Source: an uncultured Kiritimatiellota bacterium (GTDB lineage: Bacteria > Verrucomicrobiota > Kiritimatiellia > RFP12 > DVOR01). Taken from it: 64,000 nt of DNA. Under the pieces are notes generated by a model. It was not told where the DNA came from, did no database searches, and saw nothing but the letters and a program-made list of their open reading frames with translations. Made by a program: the position numbers and the translations under genes. Numbering within the stretch: position 1 is the first letter of the stretch; every line of letters begins with the position of its first letter. Shown piece after piece: positions 26,923 through 35,503 of the stretch. The stretch is from NCBI GenBank assembly GCA_944389945.1, contig CALXOF010000005.1, positions 29,215 through 93,214 of the forward strand, read 5' to 3'.

Positions 26923-26958
26923 ATCCTCTACCCCGCCGCCGGCCAGAACCTCCTTTGA
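26923..26958 (+). repeat. 36-bp direct repeat, right copy
   Basis: Identical to 26141..26176. Confidence 0.9.
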
Positions 26959-27235
<277 letters not shown>

Positions 27236-27402
27236 CTAGTACACGCTGGACTGCCAGTGTATTTTTAGAACAATCCCCAAAAAAGGCGCACTCGGGCACC
27301 TGTTTGGGCTCTTCTTTTCTTGAGAGGTCACCGAAAAAGGCCTGACGGAACGGGGGGGGGTAGACTAGGCTATAACTGTTTCCTTTATATAGGAGGATTT
27401 TG

Positions 27403-28062
27403 ATGAAGCAGTTTGTTGTCGCTTTTACTTGCGCGGCCTTGGCCGCCGTGGCCCAGGCCGCATCCACGGATTGGGATTGGAGCCAGGCGGAGCTCACCCA
27501 GAGTGGAACACTCGGGAATGGGACGACTGGCTGGACCGCCGAAACCGAGGCTGTCTATTCCGGGAACGCCTCGTTCGTCGCGCAGGTCACTTACACATTG
27601 CCCGAGGGCGGGAACTTGAAAAACGGCAATGCCTGGATGGAACTCTTCGCCTTCAACAGTGCCGGCACCGTCTGGAACCTGCAGACCAATGCTTCCAAGC
27701 AGATTGGCCTCTTTAAGGGCACCACCGGAACCGGTAATTTCACATCCGCGAACCTCTCCTCGCTGATGGAGAATGGGACGCTCTCGCTGATGTTCGAGTA
27801 CAACGACGCGGCGCAGACGTTGACGGTATATGTCAATGACACGCTCCTCACCACCGCCTCGGGCGTGGAGATTAACGACTGGATCACCTTCCGCGCCGGG
27901 CAAGATAGCCGCCCGTTGGACCGTGAGTTCCCCGATGAGACGACCTATGACTTCGAGCTGACGACGACACCGGCTTCCGACCCCAGCGTGCCCGAGCCGA
28001 CGGCCTTGACGCTCTTGGCGTTAGGCGTGGCCGGTGTGGCGCTCCGACGCCGCGTGGCCTGA
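27403..28062 (+). CDS. PEP-CTERM sorting-domain secreted protein (paralog of 21615..22274)
   Basis: RBS aggagg; signal peptide. C-terminal PEPTALTLLALGVAGVALRRRVA is nearly identical to the other copy. Confidence 0.85.
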   Translation: MKQFVVAFTCAALAAVAQAASTDWDWSQAELTQSGTLGNGTTGWTAETEAVYSGNASFVAQVTYTLPEGGNLKNGNAWMELFAFNSAGTVWNLQTNASKQIGLFKGTTGTGNFTSANLSSLMENGTLSLMFEYNDAAQTLTVYVNDTLLTTASGVEINDWITFRAGQDSRPLDREFPDETTYDFELTTTPASDPSVPEPTALTLLALGVAGVALRRRVA

Positions 28063-28083
28063 TTCCTCCTTTGGCACAAACAA

Positions 28084-28106
28084 GGCCGCCCACCCGGGCG
28101 GTTTTT
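28084..28106 (+). terminator. rho-independent terminator (CCGCCCACCCGGGCGG plus TTTTT)
   Basis: 22 nt after the PEP-CTERM stop. Confidence 0.7.
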
Positions 28107-28128
28107 CATTTTCTGATAACACGGTGTT

Positions 28129-28343
28129 CCAAATGACAGGTCTAGACGATGGCATATCGTGCTACGTGTGCAAGCATTGTTATGCTTTTAGGAAATACTA
28201 ATGACAGGTCTTTGGCAAAGGAGCGTGGTGCACTCATGAAGCAACCACGCCTGATCTTTGACAACTGAATGTCTGTGTTTGTATCAAATGATTGACCGCA
28301 GGTAACCGGTCTCATGACGGTCTTATTTATATAAGGTAGTGTT
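28129..28343 (+). promoter_or_regulatory. ~215-bp conserved leader element, copy A (two AATGACAGGTCT motifs, invariant mini-ORF MKQPRLIFDN at 28236..28268, TTATTTATATAAGGT 3' end)
   Basis: ~85% identical to the reverse complement of 44321..44535. Both copies sit 125-145 nt upstream of, and co-oriented with, a gene. Confidence 0.7.
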
Positions 28344-28467
28344 TGACGCCCTACAGATTGACGAGAAAGCGTCCTCGGGCAGTCTTGCACGGCGGGGCAC
28401 ATCAGCGCCCCTGGCGGGGATTTGGTAAAATGGATGGTGGTTTTTCATTTTGAGAGGAGCTTCGGCT

Positions 28468-29952
28468 ATGGGCGGATTTTTTGGCGTAGTGGCGAATGAA
28501 GGGTGCGTCTCGGATGTTTTCTTCGGGACGGACTACCATTCGCATATGGGAACGGTGCGCGGCGGCATCGTGGTTTACGCGGGCAAGGCCTTCCACCGTT
28601 CCATCCACAATCTGCGCAACGCACAGTTCCGGGCACAGTTCGAGCGCGCGGCGACGCGTTTCGCGGGGCTAAACCCGAACTACGCCATCGGCGTCATCAG
28701 CGACCAAGACGACCAGCCGATTCTGGTGCGCTCTCACCTGGGTATGTTCGCGCTGGCCTTCGTGGGCCTGGTGACGAACCTGGACGAGATTGTCGAGGAG
28801 CTGGTGCGTGACCGCACGACGCACTTCTGCGAACTGGGCAAGGACAGCACGATCAACACGCTGGAGGTCCTGGCGATGTTGATCAACACACGCGACACCT
28901 TCGAGGAGGGCCTGGCCTATGCGCAGAGCCGCGTGGAGGGCTCCTGCTCGCTCCTGCTCCTTTCCGAGCGCGGCACGCTCTACGCCGCCCGCGACCGTTT
29001 CGGCCGCACGCCTATCGTGTTGGGCGAGAAGGAGGGCGGCGCGCACGCGGTGACGATGGAGACGGCGGCCTTCCCGAACCTGGGCTACAAGCGCGTCCGT
29101 GACCTGAAGGCCGGCGAAATCGTGGCCATCACCCTGGACGGCGTGGAGACGGTGCGCGAGGGCCGCGAGGAGTCGGCCATCTGTTCCTTCCTCTATGTCT
29201 ATTATGGTTACCCGGCGAGCACCTACGAGGGCGTGGGCGTGGAGCGTACGCGTTATCGTAGCGGCGCCTTCCTCTCGCAGCAGGCCCCGGTGGACGCCGA
29301 CCACGTGGCGGGCATCCCCGATTCCGGCGTGGCGCACGCGTTGGGCTATGCCTTCAAGAGCGGCATCCGCTACGCGCGTCCCTTTGTGAAGTACACGCCC
29401 ACCTGGCCCCGCAGCTTCATGCCGCCGGACCAGAGCCTCCGCCAGAAGATCGCCAACATGAAGCTCCTCCCCGTGCCCGAGCTCATCGAGGGCAAGCGCC
29501 TCATCTTCTGCGACGACTCCATCGTCCGCGGGACGCAGTTGCGCAATCAGGTGGGGCGCCTCTTCGACGCCGGCGCGAAGGAAATCCATGTGCGCATCGC
29601 TTGCCCGCCGCTCCTCTACAAGTGCAAGTTCCTGACCTTCTCGCGTACCGAGAGCGTGATGGACCTCATCACCCGCCGCATCATCCTGGAGCTGGACGGA
29701 CCCGACGCGGACATCCGCAAGTATCGCGACCCCGACGGCGAGCCCTACAAGCGCATGGTCGAGGAAATCCGCCGCCGCCTGGGCATGACTAGCCTGGCCT
29801 TCCAGCGCGTGGCCGACGTGGAGAAGTCCATCGGCATCGGCCCGAAAATCTGCACCTACTGCTGGACCGGCGAAGACATCTCCCTGAGCGGCCACGGCGG
29901 TTGCAAGGGCAACTGCGCCTGCTGCCACGACAAGTGCGCGATGGAGAAGTAA
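28468..29952 (+). CDS. amidophosphoribosyltransferase-family protein (PurF-like; GATase-II-like N-domain lacking Cys1, PRTase domain, Cys-rich C-terminus)
   Basis: MGGFFGVV N-terminus with Gly replacing the catalytic Cys. PRTase motif LIFCDDSIVRGTQ. C-terminal CTYCW...CKGNCACCHDKC. Extended -10 TGGTAAAAT at 28423 and RBS gagaggag. Confidence 0.65.
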   Translation: MGGFFGVVANEGCVSDVFFGTDYHSHMGTVRGGIVVYAGKAFHRSIHNLRNAQFRAQFERAATRFAGLNPNYAIGVISDQDDQPILVRSHLGMFALAFVGLVTNLDEIVEELVRDRTTHFCELGKDSTINTLEVLAMLINTRDTFEEGLAYAQSRVEGSCSLLLLSERGTLYAARDRFGRTPIVLGEKEGGAHAVTMETAAFPNLGYKRVRDLKAGEIVAITLDGVETVREGREESAICSFLYVYYGYPASTYEGVGVERTRYRSGAFLSQQAPVDADHVAGIPDSGVAHALGYAFKSGIRYARPFVKYTPTWPRSFMPPDQSLRQKIANMKLLPVPELIEGKRLIFCDDSIVRGTQLRNQVGRLFDAGAKEIHVRIACPPLLYKCKFLTFSRTESVMDLITRRIILELDGPDADIRKYRDPDGEPYKRMVEEIRRRLGMTSLAFQRVADVEKSIGIGPKICTYCWTGEDISLSGHGGCKGNCACCHDKCAMEK

Positions 29953-29955
29953 CCC

Positions 29956-31155
29956 GTGGCGCGCAACCGGGTGAGGCTCATCGAGCGCCTGGAAAGCTTC
30001 GTCATCCCGCTCATCCAGCAGGAAGGCGCGGACAAGAAGGTGCGTGGCTTCTGGCCTAAATTCCTCTTGGCCGTCCTCAAGGGCATCTCGAAGATCTACG
30101 GCGCCATCGTCCGCCTGCGGATGTGGTTTTTCCGCATCGGCGTGTTGCGCCGTTGGCCCCTCGGGTGCCAGGTGATCAGCGTGGGCAACGTCACCGCCGG
30201 CGGCACCGGCAAGACCCCCGTGGTGGAAATCTTCGCCCGTGAGCTCACCCGCCAGGGCCGCAAGGTCGCCATCCTCTCGCGCGGTTACCGCCGCAAGGAG
30301 AAGCCTTTCCTCCAGCGCCTCTTCAGCGACACCATCGACCCCCCGCTCGTGGTGAGCGATGGCCGCCGCGTCCTCCTCGATTCCGAGACCGGCGGCGACG
30401 AGCCCTACATGCTCGCTTCCAACCTCCCCGGCGTCGTCGTCCTGGTCGACCGCAACCGCGTCAAGTCTGGCCGCTACGCCATCAAGAAGTTCAAGTGCGA
30501 CACCCTCGTCCTCGACGATGGCTTCCAGTACCAGCGCCTCAAGCACTCCCGCGACATCGTGCTGGTGGACAAGACCAACCCCTTCGGCAACGGCAACCTC
30601 CTCCCCCGCGGCGTCCTCCGCGAAGGCATCCAAAACCTCCGCCGCGCAGACTTCATCTTCATCACCAAGAGCGACGGCAACTCCGACGCCCTCCGCGCCA
30701 AGATTCGTAAGCTCAATCACCACGCCGAAATCATCGAGTGCCGTCACGCCCCCAAGCGCCTCAAGAATGTCTACGGCAAGACCAATCGCGACCTCTCTTG
30801 GCTCGCCGGCAAAAAGGTTCTCGCCCTCTCCGGCATCGCCGTCCCCCAGAGCTTTGAAGGCTTCCTCCGCGGCTACGGCGCCGAGCTCCTCGAATGCGTC
30901 CGCTACGCCGACCACCACCGCTACGCCACCCAGGAAATCATCAACGTCATCAACCGTGCCGCCGACCTCGGCTGCGATGCCGTCGTCACCACCGAGAAGG
31001 ACGCCGTCCGCTTCCCTCGCCTCACCAACGTCGCCGTCCCGGTCTACTACCTCCGCATCGAGATCGAGATTCTCAAAGGCGCCGAGAACTTCCACGACGC
31101 CGTCTCCCACATCTGCTTCAAGCCCTTCGAGAGGCACCCCGATGCCGACTTGTAA
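29956..31155 (+). CDS. lpxK: tetraacyldisaccharide 4'-kinase
   Basis: VISVGNVTAGGTGKTP P-loop and typical LpxK length; GTG start. Confidence 0.85.
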   Translation: MARNRVRLIERLESFVIPLIQQEGADKKVRGFWPKFLLAVLKGISKIYGAIVRLRMWFFRIGVLRRWPLGCQVISVGNVTAGGTGKTPVVEIFARELTRQGRKVAILSRGYRRKEKPFLQRLFSDTIDPPLVVSDGRRVLLDSETGGDEPYMLASNLPGVVVLVDRNRVKSGRYAIKKFKCDTLVLDDGFQYQRLKHSRDIVLVDKTNPFGNGNLLPRGVLREGIQNLRRADFIFITKSDGNSDALRAKIRKLNHHAEIIECRHAPKRLKNVYGKTNRDLSWLAGKKVLALSGIAVPQSFEGFLRGYGAELLECVRYADHHRYATQEIINVINRAADLGCDAVVTTEKDAVRFPRLTNVAVPVYYLRIEIEILKGAENFHDAVSHICFKPFERHPDADL

Positions 31156-31156
31156 A

Positions 31157-31655
31157 GGGGCGCTGACGCGCCCCGGAGAACGGAGAACGGAAAACGGAGA
31201 ACAGACCGCCCCTGCGGGGCGACGGGCCATCTGAGACCTCCACTGACAACCATGCACGCACAGGAGATACAGGAGATTCAGGAGATGCAGGAGCGCGCGA
31301 CAAGCGCGCGACCGACGACGCTTTTGTCCAATCAATCGGCGTGCGCCAGCACGCCCCAAATCTGCACAAATCTGCGGAATCTGCGTTTCCCATCCTGGCA
31401 GTCAGCCGGCGGTAGCCGGCCCCTAATCGACTTCAATCGGCGTAATCGGCGGTTCCCCCATCCTGGCAGTCTTCGTGAACCTTCGTGGTCCTTCGTGGTT
31501 CTTCGTGTCAGCCCCGCAGGGCAAACCCTCCACACTCTCCCATCGCTCTGCCCGTCGCGCGCTTGTCGCGCGCTCCGTAGCCGTGGAAGGTTTGGCGCTT
31601 CGCGCCTGCACGCTCCGTTTTCCGTTTTCCGTTCTCCGGAGCGCACCTCACGGAG
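31157..31655. repeat. intergenic mosaic (Family-A, CAGGAGATACAGGAGATTCAGGAG array, two tandem CCGGCGGTAGCCGGCCCCTAATCG modules, CTTCGTGG array, GCCGTGGAAGGTTTGGC module, CCGTTTTCCGTT array)
   Basis: Recurring modules. Confidence 0.85.
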
Positions 31656-31664
31656 GTGCGCTCC

Positions 31665-33218
31665 ATGAGCATCCTCCGCAAAGTGGGTGTCGTCAGCGCG
31701 ATGACTGCCGTCAGCCGCGTCTTCGGACTGGTGCGCGAGATTGTCATGGCGCACTTCTTTGGCACCTCCGCCATCCAGAGCGCCTTCGTCATCGCCTTCC
31801 GCATCCCCAACCTCTTCCGCCGCCTCTTTGGCGAGGGCGCGCTCGGTGCCGCCTTCATTCCCGTCTTCGCCGAGATTGAGCGTACCGAGGGCCCCGAACG
31901 CGCCCAGCTCTTCCTCTCCCGTATTCTCGGCATCCTGGTCTGCGTGTTGGCCCTCCTCGTGGGCCTCGGCATCGCCGCCACCTATGCCGTACAATTCGCC
32001 GCCGAGCCCGGTGGCCGATGGGACGTTGCCATGCCGCTCACGCGCATCATGCTCCCTTACGCGCTCTTCATCTGCGTGGCCGCCATCGTCTCCGCCGTGC
32101 TCAACGTCCGCGACCGCTTCGCTGTCCCCTCCCTCACCCCCGTCATCCTCAACCTCTGCTGGATTGGCGCCCTCGTCGGCGTCTGCCCCTTCCTCGACAG
32201 CGCCGCCGCCCAGATCAACGTCGTCTGCTGGGGCATCCTCTTCGCCGGCCTCGCCCAAATCTGCTTCCAGCTCCCCGCCCTCCGAGCCGTGGGCTACCGC
32301 CTCCGCTTCACCTTCACCGGCTGGCGCACCTCGCCCTACGTCCGCCAAGTCCTCCTCCAGATGGGCCCGGCCTCACTCGGCATCGCCCTCGCCCAAATCA
32401 ACATCTGCATCGATGGCTGGCTCGCCTACTACGGCGCTCCCTGGGCCCCCTCCGCCCTCGAATACGCCGACCGCATCATCTACCTCCCCCTCGGCCTCTT
32501 CGGCACCGCCTTCGCCACCGTGCTCCTCCCCACCTTCTCCAAGCAGGCCGCCGCCGCCGACCGTGCCGCCCTCCTCGCCACCCTCGAGCGCTCCATGCGG
32601 AACCTCTTGGTCCTCATGGCCCCCATGGCCCTCGGCCTCATCGCCCTCGCCGCACCCATCGTCGCCCTCCTCTATCAGCGCGGTGCCTTCGACGCCCAAT
32701 CCACCCTCTGGACCGCCCGCGCCGTCACCGCCTACGCGCTCGGCCTCATCGCCTTCTCCTCCGCCAAGACCGTCATCCCCGTCTTCTACGCCCATAAAGA
32801 CCTCAAGACCCCCGTCAAGGTCGCCGCCTGGTGCATCCTCGGGAACTTTCTCCTCAACCTCGCCTCGGTCCTCTTCCTCCCCGAAGGCTGGCGCCACGTC
32901 GGCATCGCGCTCAGCACCGTCCTCAACTCCTTCGCCAACACCGGAATCCTCCTCGCCATTCTCTGGCGCCGCGGCCTCCGTCCCAACCTCGTCGCCCTCG
33001 CCTGGTCCGCCATCCGCGCCTTCCTCGCCGCCACCCTCATGGGTCTCGCCGTCTGGGCGGCCCACACTTGGCTCGCGACCCGCGGGTTCTCGCTCTTCCT
33101 CACTGTTCCTTGTGCCATCGCCCTTGGAGGCGTCCTCTATCTGCTCCTCGCCCGCCTCCTCGTCCCCGCCGAACTCCGCGAACTCCTCGCCGACCTCCCT
33201 CTCCGCCGCCGTCGATAA
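31665..33218 (+). CDS. murJ: lipid II flippase MurJ
   Basis: MSILRKVGVVSAMTAVSRVFGLVREIVMAHFFG is the canonical MurJ N-terminus; 14 TM helices; RBS ggagg. Confidence 0.9.
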   Translation: MSILRKVGVVSAMTAVSRVFGLVREIVMAHFFGTSAIQSAFVIAFRIPNLFRRLFGEGALGAAFIPVFAEIERTEGPERAQLFLSRILGILVCVLALLVGLGIAATYAVQFAAEPGGRWDVAMPLTRIMLPYALFICVAAIVSAVLNVRDRFAVPSLTPVILNLCWIGALVGVCPFLDSAAAQINVVCWGILFAGLAQICFQLPALRAVGYRLRFTFTGWRTSPYVRQVLLQMGPASLGIALAQINICIDGWLAYYGAPWAPSALEYADRIIYLPLGLFGTAFATVLLPTFSKQAAAADRAALLATLERSMRNLLVLMAPMALGLIALAAPIVALLYQRGAFDAQSTLWTARAVTAYALGLIAFSSAKTVIPVFYAHKDLKTPVKVAAWCILGNFLLNLASVLFLPEGWRHVGIALSTVLNSFANTGILLAILWRRGLRPNLVALAWSAIRAFLAATLMGLAVWAAHTWLATRGFSLFLTVPCAIALGGVLYLLLARLLVPAELRELLADLPLRRRR

Positions 33219-33331
33219 AGGCGGAATCCGTCTCCACAAAGACACTAAAGGAATGCAAGAGTCTGGGCACTTCTCACGCCCTTGACTATCTCTTGCGTTT
33301 GCGTGCTAGCGCCCCTCTGGCAGTCAGACAA

Positions 33332-34777
33332 TCACTCGTCGCCGGAGTCGCTACGCAGGATGATATAGGTGGGCTCAGGCCCGAGGTCGTCGGAGATACC
33401 AAACATATTCTTGGAAGAGGGCGCCCCTTGGGAAAGGATACGCGCACGTTCCAATTCAACAAGTTCCTCGGTGGTTAGCTGGGAGGGCGCAAGAATCCGC
33501 GACCGCGACTTCTTGCGCGTTTCCGCCTGCGCGGAAGCCTTCGGAGCCTGCTGCTGAGACTCTGCAACTTGCGTTTCCGTCACGGCGGGTGCAACCGACG
33601 GTGCGAGAGGCTCGGATTGTTGGGCCATGCGGCGGCCCATCGCCCACACCATCCCCACCGCCACAACCGCAACCCCAATGGCCACGACCGTGAGCATCCA
33701 AGGCAACAGCTTGCTCCAAGAAAACCGCGCAGACGTCGGCACATCGGTCGCATCCAACGGAATCGTATCGGCCCAGGATTCCGGCGAGACGGCAATGCCC
33801 GCCGGGAGGGTGGGGGCGGCGCTCACTGGGGCATCGGGCCGAGGCAACGGCGGCACCGTTGCGGACAGGGCGGAGTCCAACGCCTGCGAGGCAGTAGCCC
33901 CGCTCAGGGCACGGAGCTCGGCCAATAACGCCGCCGCCGTGCGGGGACGCTCCTCCGGGTCGCGTGCCATCATGCGGCGCACCAGCGCCACGGTGTCGGC
34001 CGAGAGGTCTGGTCGCAAGGTCGCTAGGTCGGGCGGAGGATCCTTGCCCTCCACGACCGCAAGGAGAACGGTGACGGCGGAGTCCCCGGCGTAAGGGCGC
34101 GTGGCGGAGAGCATCTCGTAGAAGACGACGCCCAAACTGTAAATATCCGCGCGGATGTCCACCTTGCCGGTGTCGCGCACCTGCTCGGGCGACATGTAGG
34201 CCGGCGTGCCGAAGACCGCGGCGGTCTGGGTAAGGGTCTTGGCGTAACCGTCCAGGTTGGCCTTGGCAATGCCCAGGTCGGAGAGCTTGGCCTCACCGTT
34301 CTCATCGAAGAGGATATTGTCGGGTTTGATGTCGCGGTGGACCATGCCGTAACGTTCGGCTTGAGCGAGGGCGCCGGCCACCTGCGTCACAATGCGCAGG
34401 GCGTTGGCCTCCGGCAGAGGTCCATTACGCGCCAAGAGCGCGGCCACACTCCCGCCGGGGAGATACTCCATCGCCATGTAGTTCAGGCCCGTCGCGGGGT
34501 CGCGCCCCACATCATGCACCGTCACCAGATGCGGATGATGGATACGTCCGGCCAGCCGCGCCTCCCGCAGAAAACGCGCCATGAAGCGTGGGTCCCGCGC
34601 CACAATCCCCGGCGCCAGAATCTTCATCGCCACCGGCGCACCCAAGATGGTATGCGCCGCCAGCCACACACTGGCCATCCCACCGTGCCCCAACTCCCGC
34701 ACCAAACGATATTTCCCCAGAACCATGCCGCGCCGCGGCACAGACTCTTCAGGCATCTCGTCTGGGTTCTTCGTCAT
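33332..34777 (-). CDS. Hanks-type serine/threonine protein kinase with single TM segment and extracytoplasmic C-terminal region
   Basis: GxGxxG (LGHGGMASV), VAMK, HRDIKPDNIL, DLG, TPAYMSPE motifs. TM helix LLPWMLTVVAIGVAVVAVGMVWA. Confidence 0.88.
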   Translation of the reverse strand: MTKNPDEMPEESVPRRGMVLGKYRLVRELGHGGMASVWLAAHTILGAPVAMKILAPGIVARDPRFMARFLREARLAGRIHHPHLVTVHDVGRDPATGLNYMAMEYLPGGSVAALLARNGPLPEANALRIVTQVAGALAQAERYGMVHRDIKPDNILFDENGEAKLSDLGIAKANLDGYAKTLTQTAAVFGTPAYMSPEQVRDTGKVDIRADIYSLGVVFYEMLSATRPYAGDSAVTVLLAVVEGKDPPPDLATLRPDLSADTVALVRRMMARDPEERPRTAAALLAELRALSGATASQALDSALSATVPPLPRPDAPVSAAPTLPAGIAVSPESWADTIPLDATDVPTSARFSWSKLLPWMLTVVAIGVAVVAVGMVWAMGRRMAQQSEPLAPSVAPAVTETQVAESQQQAPKASAQAETRKKSRSRILAPSQLTTEELVELERARILSQGAPSSKNMFGISDDLGPEPTYIILRSDSGDE

Positions 34778-34992
34778 CGTTTTTATTCTATCAAACAGAC
34801 CTTCCCAAGGCGAGCCTCACGGCCAATAGCCAATAGTGTCCGAGGAAAATTGGGGACCGCAAAGACGCAAGGGGAGGCGCGAACCGCTTCGGGCTCCATC
34901 GGTCGCTCTGCGGCTTTGCCGCTGACCGCGACCGCCGCCCTCCGTTTCGCGCTCAGGTAGCCTTTAGAAGACCTTTCCTGTAAGCGTTGCGT

Positions 34993-35071
34993 CTTTGCGG
35001 AAAAACTTTCCCCGGACAGTATTGCTGGAGTCTTTTGAGAATCCGCGCGGGGAGAGGGATTTTGGTAAAAT
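34993..35071 (+). promoter_or_regulatory. HIT-gene upstream region: CTTTGCGGAAAAACTTTCCCCGGAC motif (34993..35017) plus extended -10 TGGTAAAAT (35063..35071)
   Basis: The same motif is found upstream of the 8772 and 45051 genes. RBS aaggagg before the ATG at 35093. Confidence 0.5.
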
Positions 35072-35092
35072 AGGCGGCCATAAGGAGGCTTT

Positions 35093-35503
35093 ATGGAAGA
35101 TTGCCTGTTTTGCAAGATCATCAAGGGGGAAATCCCCTCGACGAAGATTTTCGAGGATGCGCACGCGTATGCCTTCCTGGATATCAATCCCTTTGGGAAG
35201 GGGCACACGTTGGTGGTGCCGAAGTTTCACGCGGAGCAACTCTTCTTCCTGCCGCCGGAGGAACTGGCGGGGGTGATGCCGGCCGTGCAGCGGGTGGCTT
35301 GTCTGCTACGCAAGAAGTTGGGGTGCGACGGCTTGGCGCTGATGCAGCTGAACGGCGCGTGCGCGGGGCAGACGGTGGGCCATGTCCACTTCCACCTTAT
35401 TCCGCGCTATGCGAACCAGCCCGCGGGCTGGGCGCCGTTGGAGGGTGAGGCGGCGAAGGAGGCCAAGGATTTCGAGGCGCTCCGGAGGCAGATTCTGGGC
35501 TGA
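35093..35503 (+). CDS. HIT-family (histidine triad) nucleotide hydrolase
   Basis: CLFCKII and HVHFHLIP histidine triad. Confidence 0.85.
   Translation: MEDCLFCKIIKGEIPSTKIFEDAHAYAFLDINPFGKGHTLVVPKFHAEQLFFLPPEELAGVMPAVQRVACLLRKKLGCDGLALMQLNGACAGQTVGHVHFHLIPRYANQPAGWAPLEGEAAKEAKDFEALRRQILG

Noticed and set aside
26141-26958. 36-bp direct repeats as a classical transposon target-site duplication
   Set aside because: TSDs are 2-15 bp. The insert has no terminal inverted repeats and no transposase. An att-site-type or homologous-recombination origin is more plausible.
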